Below are positions 17,848-27,400 of a DNA stretch of 64,000 nucleotides, one piece after another. The notes below the pieces were generated by a model. The model saw only the letters and a list, made by a program, of their open reading frames with translations. It searched no databases and was not told where the DNA came from. Position 1 is the first letter of the stretch. Each line of letters begins with the position of its first letter. The stretch comes from Candidatus Magasanikbacteria bacterium RIFCSPHIGHO2_02_FULL_48_18 (GTDB lineage Bacteria > Patescibacteriota > Patescibacteriia > Magasanikbacterales > UBA922): the NCBI GenBank assembly GCA_001784285.1, contig MFQC01000011.1, forward strand, positions 3,640-67,639, written 5' to 3'. A program made the position numbers and the translations under genes.

Positions 17848-18296
17848 AGGCTGTTGAGAGCGGAAGACAACTCGCGAAGGACGGCCACTGCCTCGGCTTG
17901 GACGGCCGCCATATCGCGCTGATCAGGGTTGGCGCGCAACGCTTGAATTTTTATAAATGTTTCGAGATGCGCGTCCATCATTTCTTTGGGGACAGAAACG
18001 GACAAAAACAAACGATCCGCTTCTTGAAAAAATATCTCCGGGTCAATCGTTTCCGCTTGCGCGATAAAATCCGTCATGCTTGCGCGATACGACGCGGTCA
18101 AGACATCAGGCGTTTTCCCCGCCTCATACGCTTGTTCCACTGCGGATTGAATATCGGCATACGCGCGCTCTCCCACATCCACAATATGCAATCGATTCGC
18201 GACAAATAAAAAAATACTCAAAAAGACAATGAGTCCGCTCGCCGATAAAAGCACAAAAAGTGCCACATCAAGAGGATGTTTTTTTCGCCAGAACAT
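17844..18296 (-). CDS. Hypothetical single-TM protein
   Basis: Overlaps both neighbours in operon fashion. Confidence 0.65.
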   Translation of the reverse strand: MFWRKKHPLDVALFVLLSASGLIVFLSIFLFVANRLHIVDVGERAYADIQSAVEQAYEAGKTPDVLTASYRASMTDFIAQAETIDPEIFFQEADRLFLSVSVPKEMMDAHLETFIKIQALRANPDQRDMAAVQAEAVAVLRELSSALNSL

Positions 18297-19317
18297 CTTG
18301 TAAGACAATGCTTAATGCGGTCGCGACCGGAATCGCAACCAGCACCCCAAGAACGCCAGCCAGACGCGCGCCGATCAAAATGGCAATGATACTGATAATC
18401 GGATTCAAACCGACGGCCTTTTGCATGACCTTGGGAATAAGTAAATGATTTTCGAATTGCTGAATGACAATATACACGACAAGAACGCCGAACATAGTCA
18501 CCGGTCCGCCCTGAGAAAACGCGAGAAACAACGACGGCACGGAGGCAAACACAGGCCCCACATACGGAATAAATTCAAGGAGCGCGGCCAAAAGCGCCAA
18601 AACCAGAGCGTATTTTATTCCCAAAATACTCAACCCGAAAAAGACCAATAATCCAATAATACCGCTCAAAATCAACTGCGCGCGCAACCAATACCCCAAT
18701 TTATCGCTAATTTTTTGAAAAAGAGACAAGACATGAGAAATATATTCGTCCGGAACGACAGAATTGAGTATTTTTTTGAGCGGATCATCCTGAACGACGA
18801 GGTAAAATGTCATAACCAAAATCAATACCAGCGAAAACAGCCCGCCAAAAAAACCGGAAATGGTAGAAAACACGCCAGAAATGGCCGTGTCCACACCGCC
18901 CGACGCGCCAACCGCCTGCCGCCCGGAACCTTCGCTCAGAGAAAAAAACTGTTGCATCTCTTGGACGCCGGCCACAATGCGTTGCCATGTTTCATTTTCT
19001 TGCATCCCTTGCCAGAGGTTGTCAAAATTTTGAACCAGTTGCGGAAGGTCATGCGTTATAACCGGAGCGAGCAAAAGAAGCGCGAGGCCGACAATGCCAA
19101 AGAGAATAATGTAAATGAGAAGGACGGACAAAAACCGAGGAATTTTTCGCTGGTGAAGCCAGCTCGCAAATGGATGGATCAAGGCGGACAAAATCAATGC
19201 GACAAAAAGCAAAAAAAGAATATTCCACACCAAAAAAAGAACATAGACAAATAATCCGAATCCCAAAATTTTAAAAAGGGTTTTCGTGCTTATGTGGACT
19301 TTGACTTCTTGGGACAT
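18268..19317 (-). CDS. AI-2E family transporter
   Basis: LEFIPYVGP and IQQFENHLLIPKVMQKAVGLNP motifs. Confidence 0.9.
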   Translation of the reverse strand: MSQEVKVHISTKTLFKILGFGLFVYVLFLVWNILFLLFVALILSALIHPFASWLHQRKIPRFLSVLLIYIILFGIVGLALLLLAPVITHDLPQLVQNFDNLWQGMQENETWQRIVAGVQEMQQFFSLSEGSGRQAVGASGGVDTAISGVFSTISGFFGGLFSLVLILVMTFYLVVQDDPLKKILNSVVPDEYISHVLSLFQKISDKLGYWLRAQLILSGIIGLLVFFGLSILGIKYALVLALLAALLEFIPYVGPVFASVPSLFLAFSQGGPVTMFGVLVVYIVIQQFENHLLIPKVMQKAVGLNPIISIIAILIGARLAGVLGVLVAIPVATALSIVLQDVLAKKTSS

Positions 19318-19393
19318 ACGCAAATTGCGTATAGTATACCTTTTTTATTTCGAAAATGCAAAAGAAAAAACGGCCTTTTCAAGCCGCTTTTTG

Positions 19394-19789
19394 TGGAGAT
19401 GCCGGGAGTTGAACCCGGGTCTAAACGGGATACCACTGCAGTATACATGTGTAGCCACTTTCTTTGTTGCCCATTGACTCAAAAATGGCAAAACGGCAAT
19501 GGGTAAAGTCTGATAATCTTTCACATAGCGTCCTCAGACAAAAACGCTATCCTACGCTCAATGGGTTGGCACCGCGGTTTCCGTATTGAGTATCTGGAGC
19601 GCGATGGTCCAGGCAATTACGCGAGGACAGGAGCAAAAGCGGGAACGCTGAATGCGCGAGCAATCGCGTTCTTCACTCTGCTAACAACGTTTGCACGTAG
19701 TCGATTGTTCGAGTGATTTGCGAGGATCAAACGGCCTCGACATGAATGCGAATGATACCAGAATCCGTCTATCGAATCCTGTCATCCCC
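19394..19789 (-). ncRNA. ssrA: tmRNA; tag (A)NVVSRVKNAIARAFSVPAFAPVLA*
   Basis: 5' GGGGATGACAGGATTCGA; 3' GACCCGGGTTCAACTCCCGGCATCTCCA; G3:U pair; adjacent to smpB. Confidence 0.93.
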
Positions 19790-19791
19790 AG

Positions 19792-19881
19792 ATATGTACG
19801 AAACTACGAAAGTTGCGAAAATACGAAAAAAATTTTTGGTAAGGTTTCGTAATTTCGTACTGTTCGTACTTTCGTACATAT
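19792..19881. repeat. TACGAA-unit inverted-repeat element
   Basis: ATATGTACGAAA + 3 units...3 units + TTTCGTACATAT. Confidence 0.8.
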
Positions 19882-20325
19882 TTATCCTTTCATTATTCGA
19901 CGAACCTCTCTTTTGTGTTCTCTCTTTTTTATCGCCGCGCGTTTGTCAAACTTCTTTTTTCCTTGCGCAACGCCAATTGCCACTTTAATGTTGGGCCCCT
20001 TAGTATACACAGAAAGAGGGACAACTGTCAAACCCCTTTCTTGCCTTTTTCCGCGAAGATAATCAATCTGTTTGTGCCGAAGCAATAAGCGACGGGATCG
20101 CTCCGGGTCATACCCGGGCAATGGACCGGCGTGCTTATATGCACTCACGTGCGCATTGATAAGAAACGCCTCATCCCCATGAAATGTGACGTGGGACCCT
20201 TTGAGTTGCATATGGCCGCCCCGGATCGACTTCACCTCTTGGCCGGTCAATTCCAATCCAGCCTCAAGTGTTTCCAGGATGTCATAGTCAAACCGCGCTC
20301 GTTTGTTTGTGGCATATGTAGGCAT
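19882..20325 (-). CDS. smpB: SsrA-binding protein
   Basis: NKRARFDY..LETLEAGLELTGQEVKSIR; GKKKFDKR. Confidence 0.97.
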   Translation of the reverse strand: MPTYATNKRARFDYDILETLEAGLELTGQEVKSIRGGHMQLKGSHVTFHGDEAFLINAHVSAYKHAGPLPGYDPERSRRLLLRHKQIDYLRGKRQERGLTVVPLSVYTKGPNIKVAIGVAQGKKKFDKRAAIKKREHKREVRRIMKG

Positions 20326-20369
20326 AGTGATCTCGGGCATAGTATAGATGATTCTCATGAAGAAATGAA

Positions 20370-20410
20370 CCCCCGCACCGGACTTCGGACGCCAGACCGG
20401 TTGTGTGGGG
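20370..20410. repeat. CCCCRCAC...GTGYGGGG-type hairpin
   Basis: CCCCGCACCGG...CCGGTTGTGTGGGG; resembles the termini of the 16S insertion. Confidence 0.5.
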
Positions 20411-20507
20411 AGGGATCGGAAGCCTGATGTACAAAACCTTGCAAAAAAGCAAAAACCATGGTATCTTCTCTTGGTAGAATAATAGCAGTATATACAAAGG
20501 GTTCCCT

Positions 20508-21056
20508 ATGAGAATTTCAAGAAAAAAACGTCCGGAAAAGCCTCTCATTCCTCGGTATAATATCAATGAACGCATCCGAGTGCTCGAGGTGCGGGTGATT
20601 GACGCGGAAGACAACAACCTCGGAGTCATGAGTACTGAGGACGCTATCAGACTTGCCAAAGGACAAGAGCTTGATTTGGTGGAAATCAATCCGAAAGCGA
20701 ATCCCCCGGTCACGCAAATTTTGGATTTTGGCTCTTTCCGATATCAAAAAGAAAAAGAAGCTCGGAAACAAAAAGTAAAATCGCATGTCAGCGATCTCAA
20801 AGGCATTCGCCTTTCCATTCGTATCAGCGGCCACGACATGGATACCAGAAAAATTCAAGCAGAAAAATTTCTCAATAGAGGAGATAAGGTAAAAGCGGAA
20901 ATTGTTCTTCGAGGAAGAGAAAATGCCAAAGCCAACCTTGGATTTGACGTTATCAATCATTTCATCAAACTTCTCGAAGGAGCTATGCCCGTTCGGGTGG
21001 AACAAGAAACCACCAAACAAGGCAACAAAATTACCGCAATTATCGCAAAAAAATAA
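20508..21056 (+). CDS. infC: Translation initiation factor IF-3
   Basis: INERIR...VRVID...LDLVEINPKANPPV; RGDKVK. Confidence 0.96.
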   Translation: MRISRKKRPEKPLIPRYNINERIRVLEVRVIDAEDNNLGVMSTEDAIRLAKGQELDLVEINPKANPPVTQILDFGSFRYQKEKEARKQKVKSHVSDLKGIRLSIRISGHDMDTRKIQAEKFLNRGDKVKAEIVLRGRENAKANLGFDVINHFIKLLEGAMPVRVEQETTKQGNKITAIIAKK

Positions 21057-21070
21057 AGGCCATCCCCTCC

Positions 21071-21099
21071 TTGACGAAATGGCAAGAGTGGTGTATACT
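21071..21099 (+). promoter_or_regulatory. Sigma70 promoter for rpmI-rplT
   Basis: TTGACG-17-TATACT. Confidence 0.7.
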
Positions 21100-21123
21100 T
21101 TTTGACATTCTATAGAATGCACT

Positions 21124-21330
21124 ATGCCAAAGATAAAAACGCACAAAGCAACGGCGAAACGTTTCCAGATCAAAAAATCCAAAAAAGGGATCACCATTTT
21201 AAAACGAGCCGACGGACAGGACCATTTCAATGCGCGCCAGACAGGAAAGAAAAAAAGAAATAAACGATCGGACAACACGGTTTCTATCGCAAACAAACAA
21301 ACCATCCTCCACGCGATCCCCCACAGATAA
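21124..21330 (+). CDS. rpmI: 50S ribosomal protein L35
   Basis: MPKIKTHKATAKRF; lies between infC and rplT. Confidence 0.95.
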   Translation: MPKIKTHKATAKRFQIKKSKKGITILKRADGQDHFNARQTGKKKRNKRSDNTVSIANKQTILHAIPHR

Positions 21331-21378
21331 TACGAGAGACGGCGAGATTCGCATAATCTTCATTTTATTTTTTAATGT

Positions 21379-21723
21379 ATGCCAAGAGTAAAACGAGGTG
21401 TCGGCCACCTGAAAAAAAGAAAAAACCTGATGAAACGAGTAAAGGGGTTCAGCCAAGGAAGAAAACACCTGCTCAAACAGGCAAAAATGGCGGATACCCA
21501 TGCCGGAATGCACGCGTACCGCGACCGACGAGTGAAAAAACGAACCATGCGCGGCTTGTGGCAAATTCGTATTAACGGAGCAGTGAGAGAACTGGGTATG
21601 ACGTACAGCACCTTTATCCACGCGCTCAAAGAAAAAAACATCGGATTAAACAGAAAAGTATTGTCCGAAATTGCAGCCCAAAAGCCGGAGATCTTTGAAA
21701 AAATTGTTTCCTTGGTCAAATAA
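21379..21723 (+). CDS. rplT: 50S ribosomal protein L20
   Basis: MPRVKRG...YRDRRVKKRTMRGLWQIRIN. Confidence 0.97.
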   Translation: MPRVKRGVGHLKKRKNLMKRVKGFSQGRKHLLKQAKMADTHAGMHAYRDRRVKKRTMRGLWQIRINGAVRELGMTYSTFIHALKEKNIGLNRKVLSEIAAQKPEIFEKIVSLVK

Positions 21724-21729
21724 AACCTC

Positions 21730-21758
21730 TTGACATACGCATTGCGTCCTGCTATAAT
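21730..21758 (+). promoter_or_regulatory. Consensus sigma70 promoter
   Basis: TTGACA-17-TATAAT with TG extension. Confidence 0.85.
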
Positions 21759-21764
21759 ATAGAC

Positions 21765-21860
21765 CGAAAAAGAAAAGACCTTCAGTGTGTTTGGTGCGAG
21801 CGGGGGTGCCCCCTCCTTCACCCCCAATGCAAGCGCCGAACACACCGAGGGTCTTTTTTA
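21765..21860 (+). ncRNA. Candidate hairpin sRNA with CCCCUCCUU loop
   Basis: Long stem directly after a consensus promoter, ending in a T-run. Confidence 0.5.
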
Positions 21861-21865
21861 TTCTC

Positions 21866-21894
21866 TTGACAGGCGGATCCTCCCGATATATACT
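21866..21894 (+). promoter_or_regulatory. Sigma70 promoter
   Basis: TTGACA-17-TATACT upstream of a small ORF and tRNA-Asp. Confidence 0.75.
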
Positions 21895-21929
21895 GCTCTC
21901 GACTTTTATCTCCATTGACACTCTTTTCT

Positions 21930-22076
21930 ATGGGAATGCGAAAGAAAAAAAATCAACAAATTGCCAAAGAACGAATTGTGGCGAGGTTTACTCGCGCCAA
22001 AAAAGCGATAAAACGCGCGGCCAAAGCAAAAACTGCAGGACAAAAACTGCATGATGCCATGCACGGCAAAAGTTAA
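21930..22076 (+). CDS. Small basic protein (48 aa)
   Basis: MGMRKKKNQQIAKERIVARFTRAKKAIKRAAKAKTAGQKLHDAMHGKS*; has its own promoter; shorter than any ORF in the track. Confidence 0.6.
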   Translation: MGMRKKKNQQIAKERIVARFTRAKKAIKRAAKAKTAGQKLHDAMHGKS

Positions 22077-22087
22077 TCGTAAAAAAT

Positions 22088-22161
22088 GGACCGGTAGTTC
22101 AACTGGTTAGAGCACTGCCCTGTCACGGCAGAAGTTGCGGGTTCGAGTCCCGTCCGGTCCG
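22088..22161 (+). tRNA. tRNA-Asp (GTC)
   Basis: GGACCGG/CCGGTCC acceptor stem; CTGCC-CTGTCAC-GGCAG; GGTTCGAGTCC. Confidence 0.97.
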
Positions 22162-22182
22162 CTGAGTATTCTTTTTCATACA

Positions 22183-22241
22183 CAACTGGTTAGAGTATCC
22201 CGATGTCAATCGGGAAAGTTGCGGGTTCCCTGCCTGCCCGC
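22183..22241 (+). pseudogene. Degenerate partial tRNA-Asp copy
   Basis: CAACTGGTTAGAG...TGTCA...AAGTTGCGGGTTC shared with the upstream tRNA. Confidence 0.7.
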
Positions 22242-22283
22242 TTTTTTTCTCAAGGAGGATATGATGTGGTTTCTCCCTTACCT

Positions 22284-24380
22284 ATGGGACGGTTTAGTGA
22301 ATTTCTTTTTGGAAAAATACCAGATCCTCAACCCTCCATATCCAGACGGGATTTTTTACGTGGAAAAAAAGACACACCAGAAAAACCACCAGAGATGCCT
22401 TCCGTGAAAAGAAACGATCAACCAAAGATAGCGGAAGAAACACCAAAAGAAAAATTTTCCACAGCAAAGCGTGGTATTTCTCGAAGAGACTTCGGGAAAG
22501 AACTCAGTGCCGGCCTTCTGACCGCCGCAGTATCTGCGTCCCTTTTGGGCGAAGGCTGTGATCCAACCGAACAAGCGGAAAGAGAAAATGTGCCTGATAC
22601 CACATCGCGGTATGAACCAAAACCAGAACAAAAGATACTGAATCCAGAACAAAAACACTACGAACAAAAAGAAAGAGAATTTTTTGCGTTTTTAAAAAAA
22701 TTAGAAACCTTTGAACACTCCTTTGATACACGGCACAGCCTCTCCGGCCCGAACGATCGAAATGCGATGCAGATAGAACAGTTGCACGATGAAACCATAG
22801 AGACATTCATGAAAGAACCTATTGTCGCACAGGTCATAACGGCTCATGAATTGGTTGCGTACCACGCCGCACAAGGGAGACAAACAAATTTTTTGTATGA
22901 TATTTATGAACGGCTCGCGTCCGTTCGTTGCCACGGCATCGTATGCGATACGCTCACCACCTTGAAAGATAAACAAGGAAATCTTATTCAAGGCCATGCC
23001 AAAATAGCCAACACGCTTATCAATCCTGAAACCGATTATTTTTCTATTTTCGTTGAAGATTATTTTCCAAAAGGAGACGACATACAACCTACGGAAATTG
23101 ATCCAAGAATATATTGGGCGTTCCAAAACAGAAACTTTGTACAAGAATTACGCAACCTCCTTAGTACCATACAAGCAACATTGCCAGATACAGCCCAGAA
23201 AGAAGGTCAAGCATGGCAAAATAACATTCTCCGTCTCTACGAGGAAAATAAACTGGGAGAAATCGTCCAGGTAATCAATGACATACCGGGAGGAAAAATA
23301 GCGCCAGAGCATGCCGACCACATAGAAAGACTGTGTAATAACACAAAGGCACAGGAGGTAACCAATGAGACACTAGAAGAAACACCCATGTGGAACTTGA
23401 AAGACATGCAGGCAGATTTCAAACAACTGGTTTCCGACCCATTCTTCCGAAAAATATGTATTGAGAACAAATTCACACTTGCCGAGACGTATTCTTTGGC
23501 AAAATCCGTTATAAATTACCACGCGGATAACCCCGGGGATCAAAAAAATCATGATATTATTGACCAGCTCCTTGCCGCAAGGGCCATAATACAAGAACAA
23601 GAAATTGTTGGACCGAACACCGAACAGTTTATTTCTTTTGTGTATAGGCCAAGAGACCAATCCGGACTCACCGAACCAAAATCAGATCCAGAAAAAAATC
23701 GACAATTCGCAAAAATGGCCGGAGTTCCGGAAAGTGGCATACACATCGCATCAAATGAAGACAAAGATAACGACGGCGGTGGAAAACAAATGAGAGATAG
23801 GCTGAGTGCTCTCATGGAACACTCCAAAGGAAAAACGTGCTTGTATTTTGACACGCATGGCGCATTGAGCGGCATCCAAATAGATACGCAAGGGAATGAA
23901 ATGACTCCGGATGAAATTATAGAATCGCTCGCCAAGCGTTTTATTCGCTGTGCCAAAGAAGGCAAACCCGAGCGTGGCAATTTACAGGATGTGACAATCG
24001 TGTTTGATACATGCCTTGGGTACGATATTATCCTTGCCATGCGCACGCGACTTGATGAATTGAGAAGAGAAAATCCATTCTTGGCGCACATACCGCCGGA
24101 AGATATTGGCATTCCAACCGTGGTGTCGCTCGCAAATGCCGGATCACTGCTCTATGGGAAAAAAGACGTGTCACCAATTGATTATTTTGTCACCCACGGA
24201 CAGTCTATCAAAGATGGAATGACAGGCAAATTTTTGCTCCAGCAATACCAGCCCGACAATTATATTTTTGGGGACACCGCCGTGTTTGCGCCGCAATACG
24301 GTGCAAAAGACCAAATCATGATTGAAGTCGCTAAACGAAAACAAAAAAAAGATGAGTATTCTCTCCCCCTGGCCGCGTAA
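22284..24380 (+). CDS. Twin-arginine-motif protein with C-terminal caspase/clan-CD-like peptidase motifs
   Basis: SRRDFLRG and SRRDFGKE + hydrophobic stretch + GEGC; LYFDTHGA and IVFDTCLG. Start uncertain. Confidence 0.6.
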   Translation: MGRFSEFLFGKIPDPQPSISRRDFLRGKKDTPEKPPEMPSVKRNDQPKIAEETPKEKFSTAKRGISRRDFGKELSAGLLTAAVSASLLGEGCDPTEQAERENVPDTTSRYEPKPEQKILNPEQKHYEQKEREFFAFLKKLETFEHSFDTRHSLSGPNDRNAMQIEQLHDETIETFMKEPIVAQVITAHELVAYHAAQGRQTNFLYDIYERLASVRCHGIVCDTLTTLKDKQGNLIQGHAKIANTLINPETDYFSIFVEDYFPKGDDIQPTEIDPRIYWAFQNRNFVQELRNLLSTIQATLPDTAQKEGQAWQNNILRLYEENKLGEIVQVINDIPGGKIAPEHADHIERLCNNTKAQEVTNETLEETPMWNLKDMQADFKQLVSDPFFRKICIENKFTLAETYSLAKSVINYHADNPGDQKNHDIIDQLLAARAIIQEQEIVGPNTEQFISFVYRPRDQSGLTEPKSDPEKNRQFAKMAGVPESGIHIASNEDKDNDGGGKQMRDRLSALMEHSKGKTCLYFDTHGALSGIQIDTQGNEMTPDEIIESLAKRFIRCAKEGKPERGNLQDVTIVFDTCLGYDIILAMRTRLDELRRENPFLAHIPPEDIGIPTVVSLANAGSLLYGKKDVSPIDYFVTHGQSIKDGMTGKFLLQQYQPDNYIFGDTAVFAPQYGAKDQIMIEVAKRKQKKDEYSLPLAA

Positions 24381-24405
24381 ATGGAAGTCTCTATAAAAAT
24401 CGTCA

Positions 24406-27400
24406 TTATTCCGCGTCCTCGGCATCACACACCTCAAACGCATCAGGAATGTCGCAAGGATTCATATATGCAGTGCATGATATGCCGCCGGGTTCTCGAG
24501 CATATGTCACCATTGGCGCGCAGAACCGTTTTTCACGAACATCCCAGTGGCTCACCGACGAAGCAAACGCATCCGACATCCCGGAAAATTGAAATGATTC
24601 CAGGATAGCTTGCGCCTTTTCTCCGACCGCATCTATTTCCATAACGTCTTCTCCAACAGCAATCTCAAAAACAGTCACTTCTTTTCCATCGCTGGTTTTG
24701 GCAATATATTTTTTTGCCGGCTGAGTGCCCAACACGACATCCTGTTTGCTATTGTCCGATACCGGATGGGACACGAGTTGCCGAAAGAGGCTGAGCGTAT
24801 CGCCATTTTCCGCGTGGGAAAGCGTGATGCCGCCAGCCCATGCGTGCACTCCCCACCAGCTCGGATACTCAAGGGAAAAATTCGCGAAGTCGGACACCGA
24901 CAGCGGAGATACCTGACTGTTCAAGGTTTGTTGCGTCTCTGCCAACACTTTTTCGGTAACGCGCTGTCGAATTTCCGCCGGAGAAACACGAGAAATCTCC
25001 GGCTCTGGCGCCGGAGCGGCAAAAGAATTCAGCGTGCTACACCCTGCACCAATCCCTAAAAATCCCGCCGCAAACAGCCCCAAACCGATCACCATGCTCA
25101 ATACTTTGGGATTGGTTTTCTTGCCGGTTTTGCCAACTGTCTTTTCCACATAGGCAATGCGCTGGCGCGTGGAAACAACCGTGTCCGGATTGAGAGAAAT
25201 GCTGTCAATGCCTTCCCGTACCAAAAATTCGGCGAATTCCGGATGGTCGCTCGGCGCCTGGCCGCAGATGCCTATTTTTTTGCCATGTTTATGCGCAACC
25301 GCGATCACGTCTTTGATCAATTTTTTTACCGCCGGATTATTTTCATCAAAAATATGGCTGACAAGGGCTGAATCTCGATCAACCGCCAATGTCAATTGGG
25401 TCAAGTCATTTGACCCAATGCTAAACCCATCAAAAATTTTCGCAAATTCTTCGGCAAGAATGACATTTGAGGGAATTTCACACATGACATAGACCTCGAG
25501 TCCGTGTTCCCCTCGTTTCAAGCCAAATTCTGCCATGGTTTCGAGCACGCGTTCGCCTTCTTCGGGCGTGCGGCAAAACGGAACCATAACCGTGACATTT
25601 TCAAGGCCCCATTCTTCACGAACTTTTTTGATGGCCTTGCATTCGAGCGCAAACCCTTCTTTGTATTCTTTGGAATAATACCGGCTCGCGCCGCGCCAGC
25701 CAATCATGGGATTTTCTTCCTCGGGTTCAAATTCTCTTCCGCCAATCAATGTCGCGTATTCATTGGTTTTAAAATCGCTCATGCGGACAATCACCTGGTG
25801 GGGATACATGGCGGTGGCAATGCGCGCAACGCCTTCAGCGAGCTTGTCCACGCAATAATCGGTTTTATTTTTGTACCCGCGGGTCATTTCTCGAATTTTT
25901 TTCTTGGCGTGTTTATCTTTTAAACGGTCATAATGCACGAGGGCCAACGGATGAATGCGGATAAAATTGGAAAAAATAAACTCCAGCCGAGCAAGCCCAA
26001 CGCCATCGTGGGGCAAAAAGGAAAGATGAAATGCGTGGTCGGGGTCGCCGACAATCATCATGATTTTTGTTTTGGTTTGTTCAATTTCTTTGATTTCGGT
26101 CCGCTTCACTTCAAACGGCAAAATCCCTTTATAGACGATCCCTTCGTCCCCTTTGGCACAGCTTGCAGTCACTTCCTGGCCGGTTTTCAACATCTTCCTC
26201 GCCCCATGCGCTCCGACAATGCAGGGAACGCCCAATTCTCGGCTCACAATGGCCGCATGACTGGTCTTGCCGCCTTGCTCGGTAACAATCGCGGAAGCGA
26301 TCCGCATAATGGGTTCCCAGTCGGGATCCGTAATTCTTGTCACCAACACTTCGCCTTTTTTAAACAATTTCATCTGGGCGGGGTGCTCAATGACACGAAC
26401 CTTGCCCGCGCCAATTTTTTGGCCAACGGCAATACCGTGCAACAACTCGGCGCCCGTCTGTTTGAGTTCATATTTTTCAATAACGAATTCGTCGGAACGG
26501 GCTTTGACGGTTTCCGGACGAGCCTGAACAATATAGAGATCGCCGGTTTTGCCTTCTTTTACCCATTCTATATCCTGCGGCTTGCCATAGTGGGATTCAA
26601 TAATATCGGCCCACCGGCCAAGTTGCAGGACTTCTTCATCTTCAATACAAAATCGGTTGCGCTCTGCCTGGCTGACGGATGCCTGCCGGGTGCCGCCGCG
26701 CTCGCTATACACCAATTTCACCTGTTTAGTTCCAAGAAAACGGCTCATGATGGCCGGCTTTCCTTTGCGAAGACCTTCTTTGAAGATATAAAATTGATCC
26801 GGCACCACACGGCCTTGGACCACATATTCGCCAAGCCCGTAGCTCCCCGTGACAAGGGTGACACCGCGGAATCCGGACTCGGTATCAAGCGTGAACATCA
26901 CCCCGCTTGCGCCGGTGTCTCCTTTCACCATTTGTTGAACGGTGACTGACAATGCCACGCTCATGTGGTCGAATCCTCTTCCTTCCCGATAGGAAATTGC
27001 CCGATTGGTAAAAAGAGAGGCGATGCATCGTCTGACCGATTGTAAGACCGCAGAATTTCCTTGAATATTGAGATAGGTTTCTTGTTGCCCGGCAAAACTC
27101 GCGTCCGGCAAATCTTCGGCGGTTGCGCTTGATCGAATGGCAACAGAAAGATTTTTTTCTGCGTGTTCATCAGAAAGTTTGGCGTATGCCGAAAGAATTT
27201 CTTTTTCAAGCGCGGCAGGAAAATGAGCTTTCAAAATCATTTCCCGGAGCGTCTTTCCAGCTTTGGCAAGCTCTCGCACATTGGCGACATCAAGGTCTTT
27301 CAATATTTTTTTCATTTCGGCTTCAAGCCCGGCATGGTGAAGAAATTCCCAATAGGCATGGGCGGTAATGGCAAATCCATTCGGGACGCGAATGCCCTTA

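Noticed and set aside
19792-19881. Possible CRISPR array
   Set aside because: Units are 8-9 bp, inverted, with no unique spacers, and there are no cas genes in the window.
21765-21860. SRP (4.5S) or 6S RNA identity
   Set aside because: No conserved SRP GGAA-loop domain, and too short with no central bubble for 6S.
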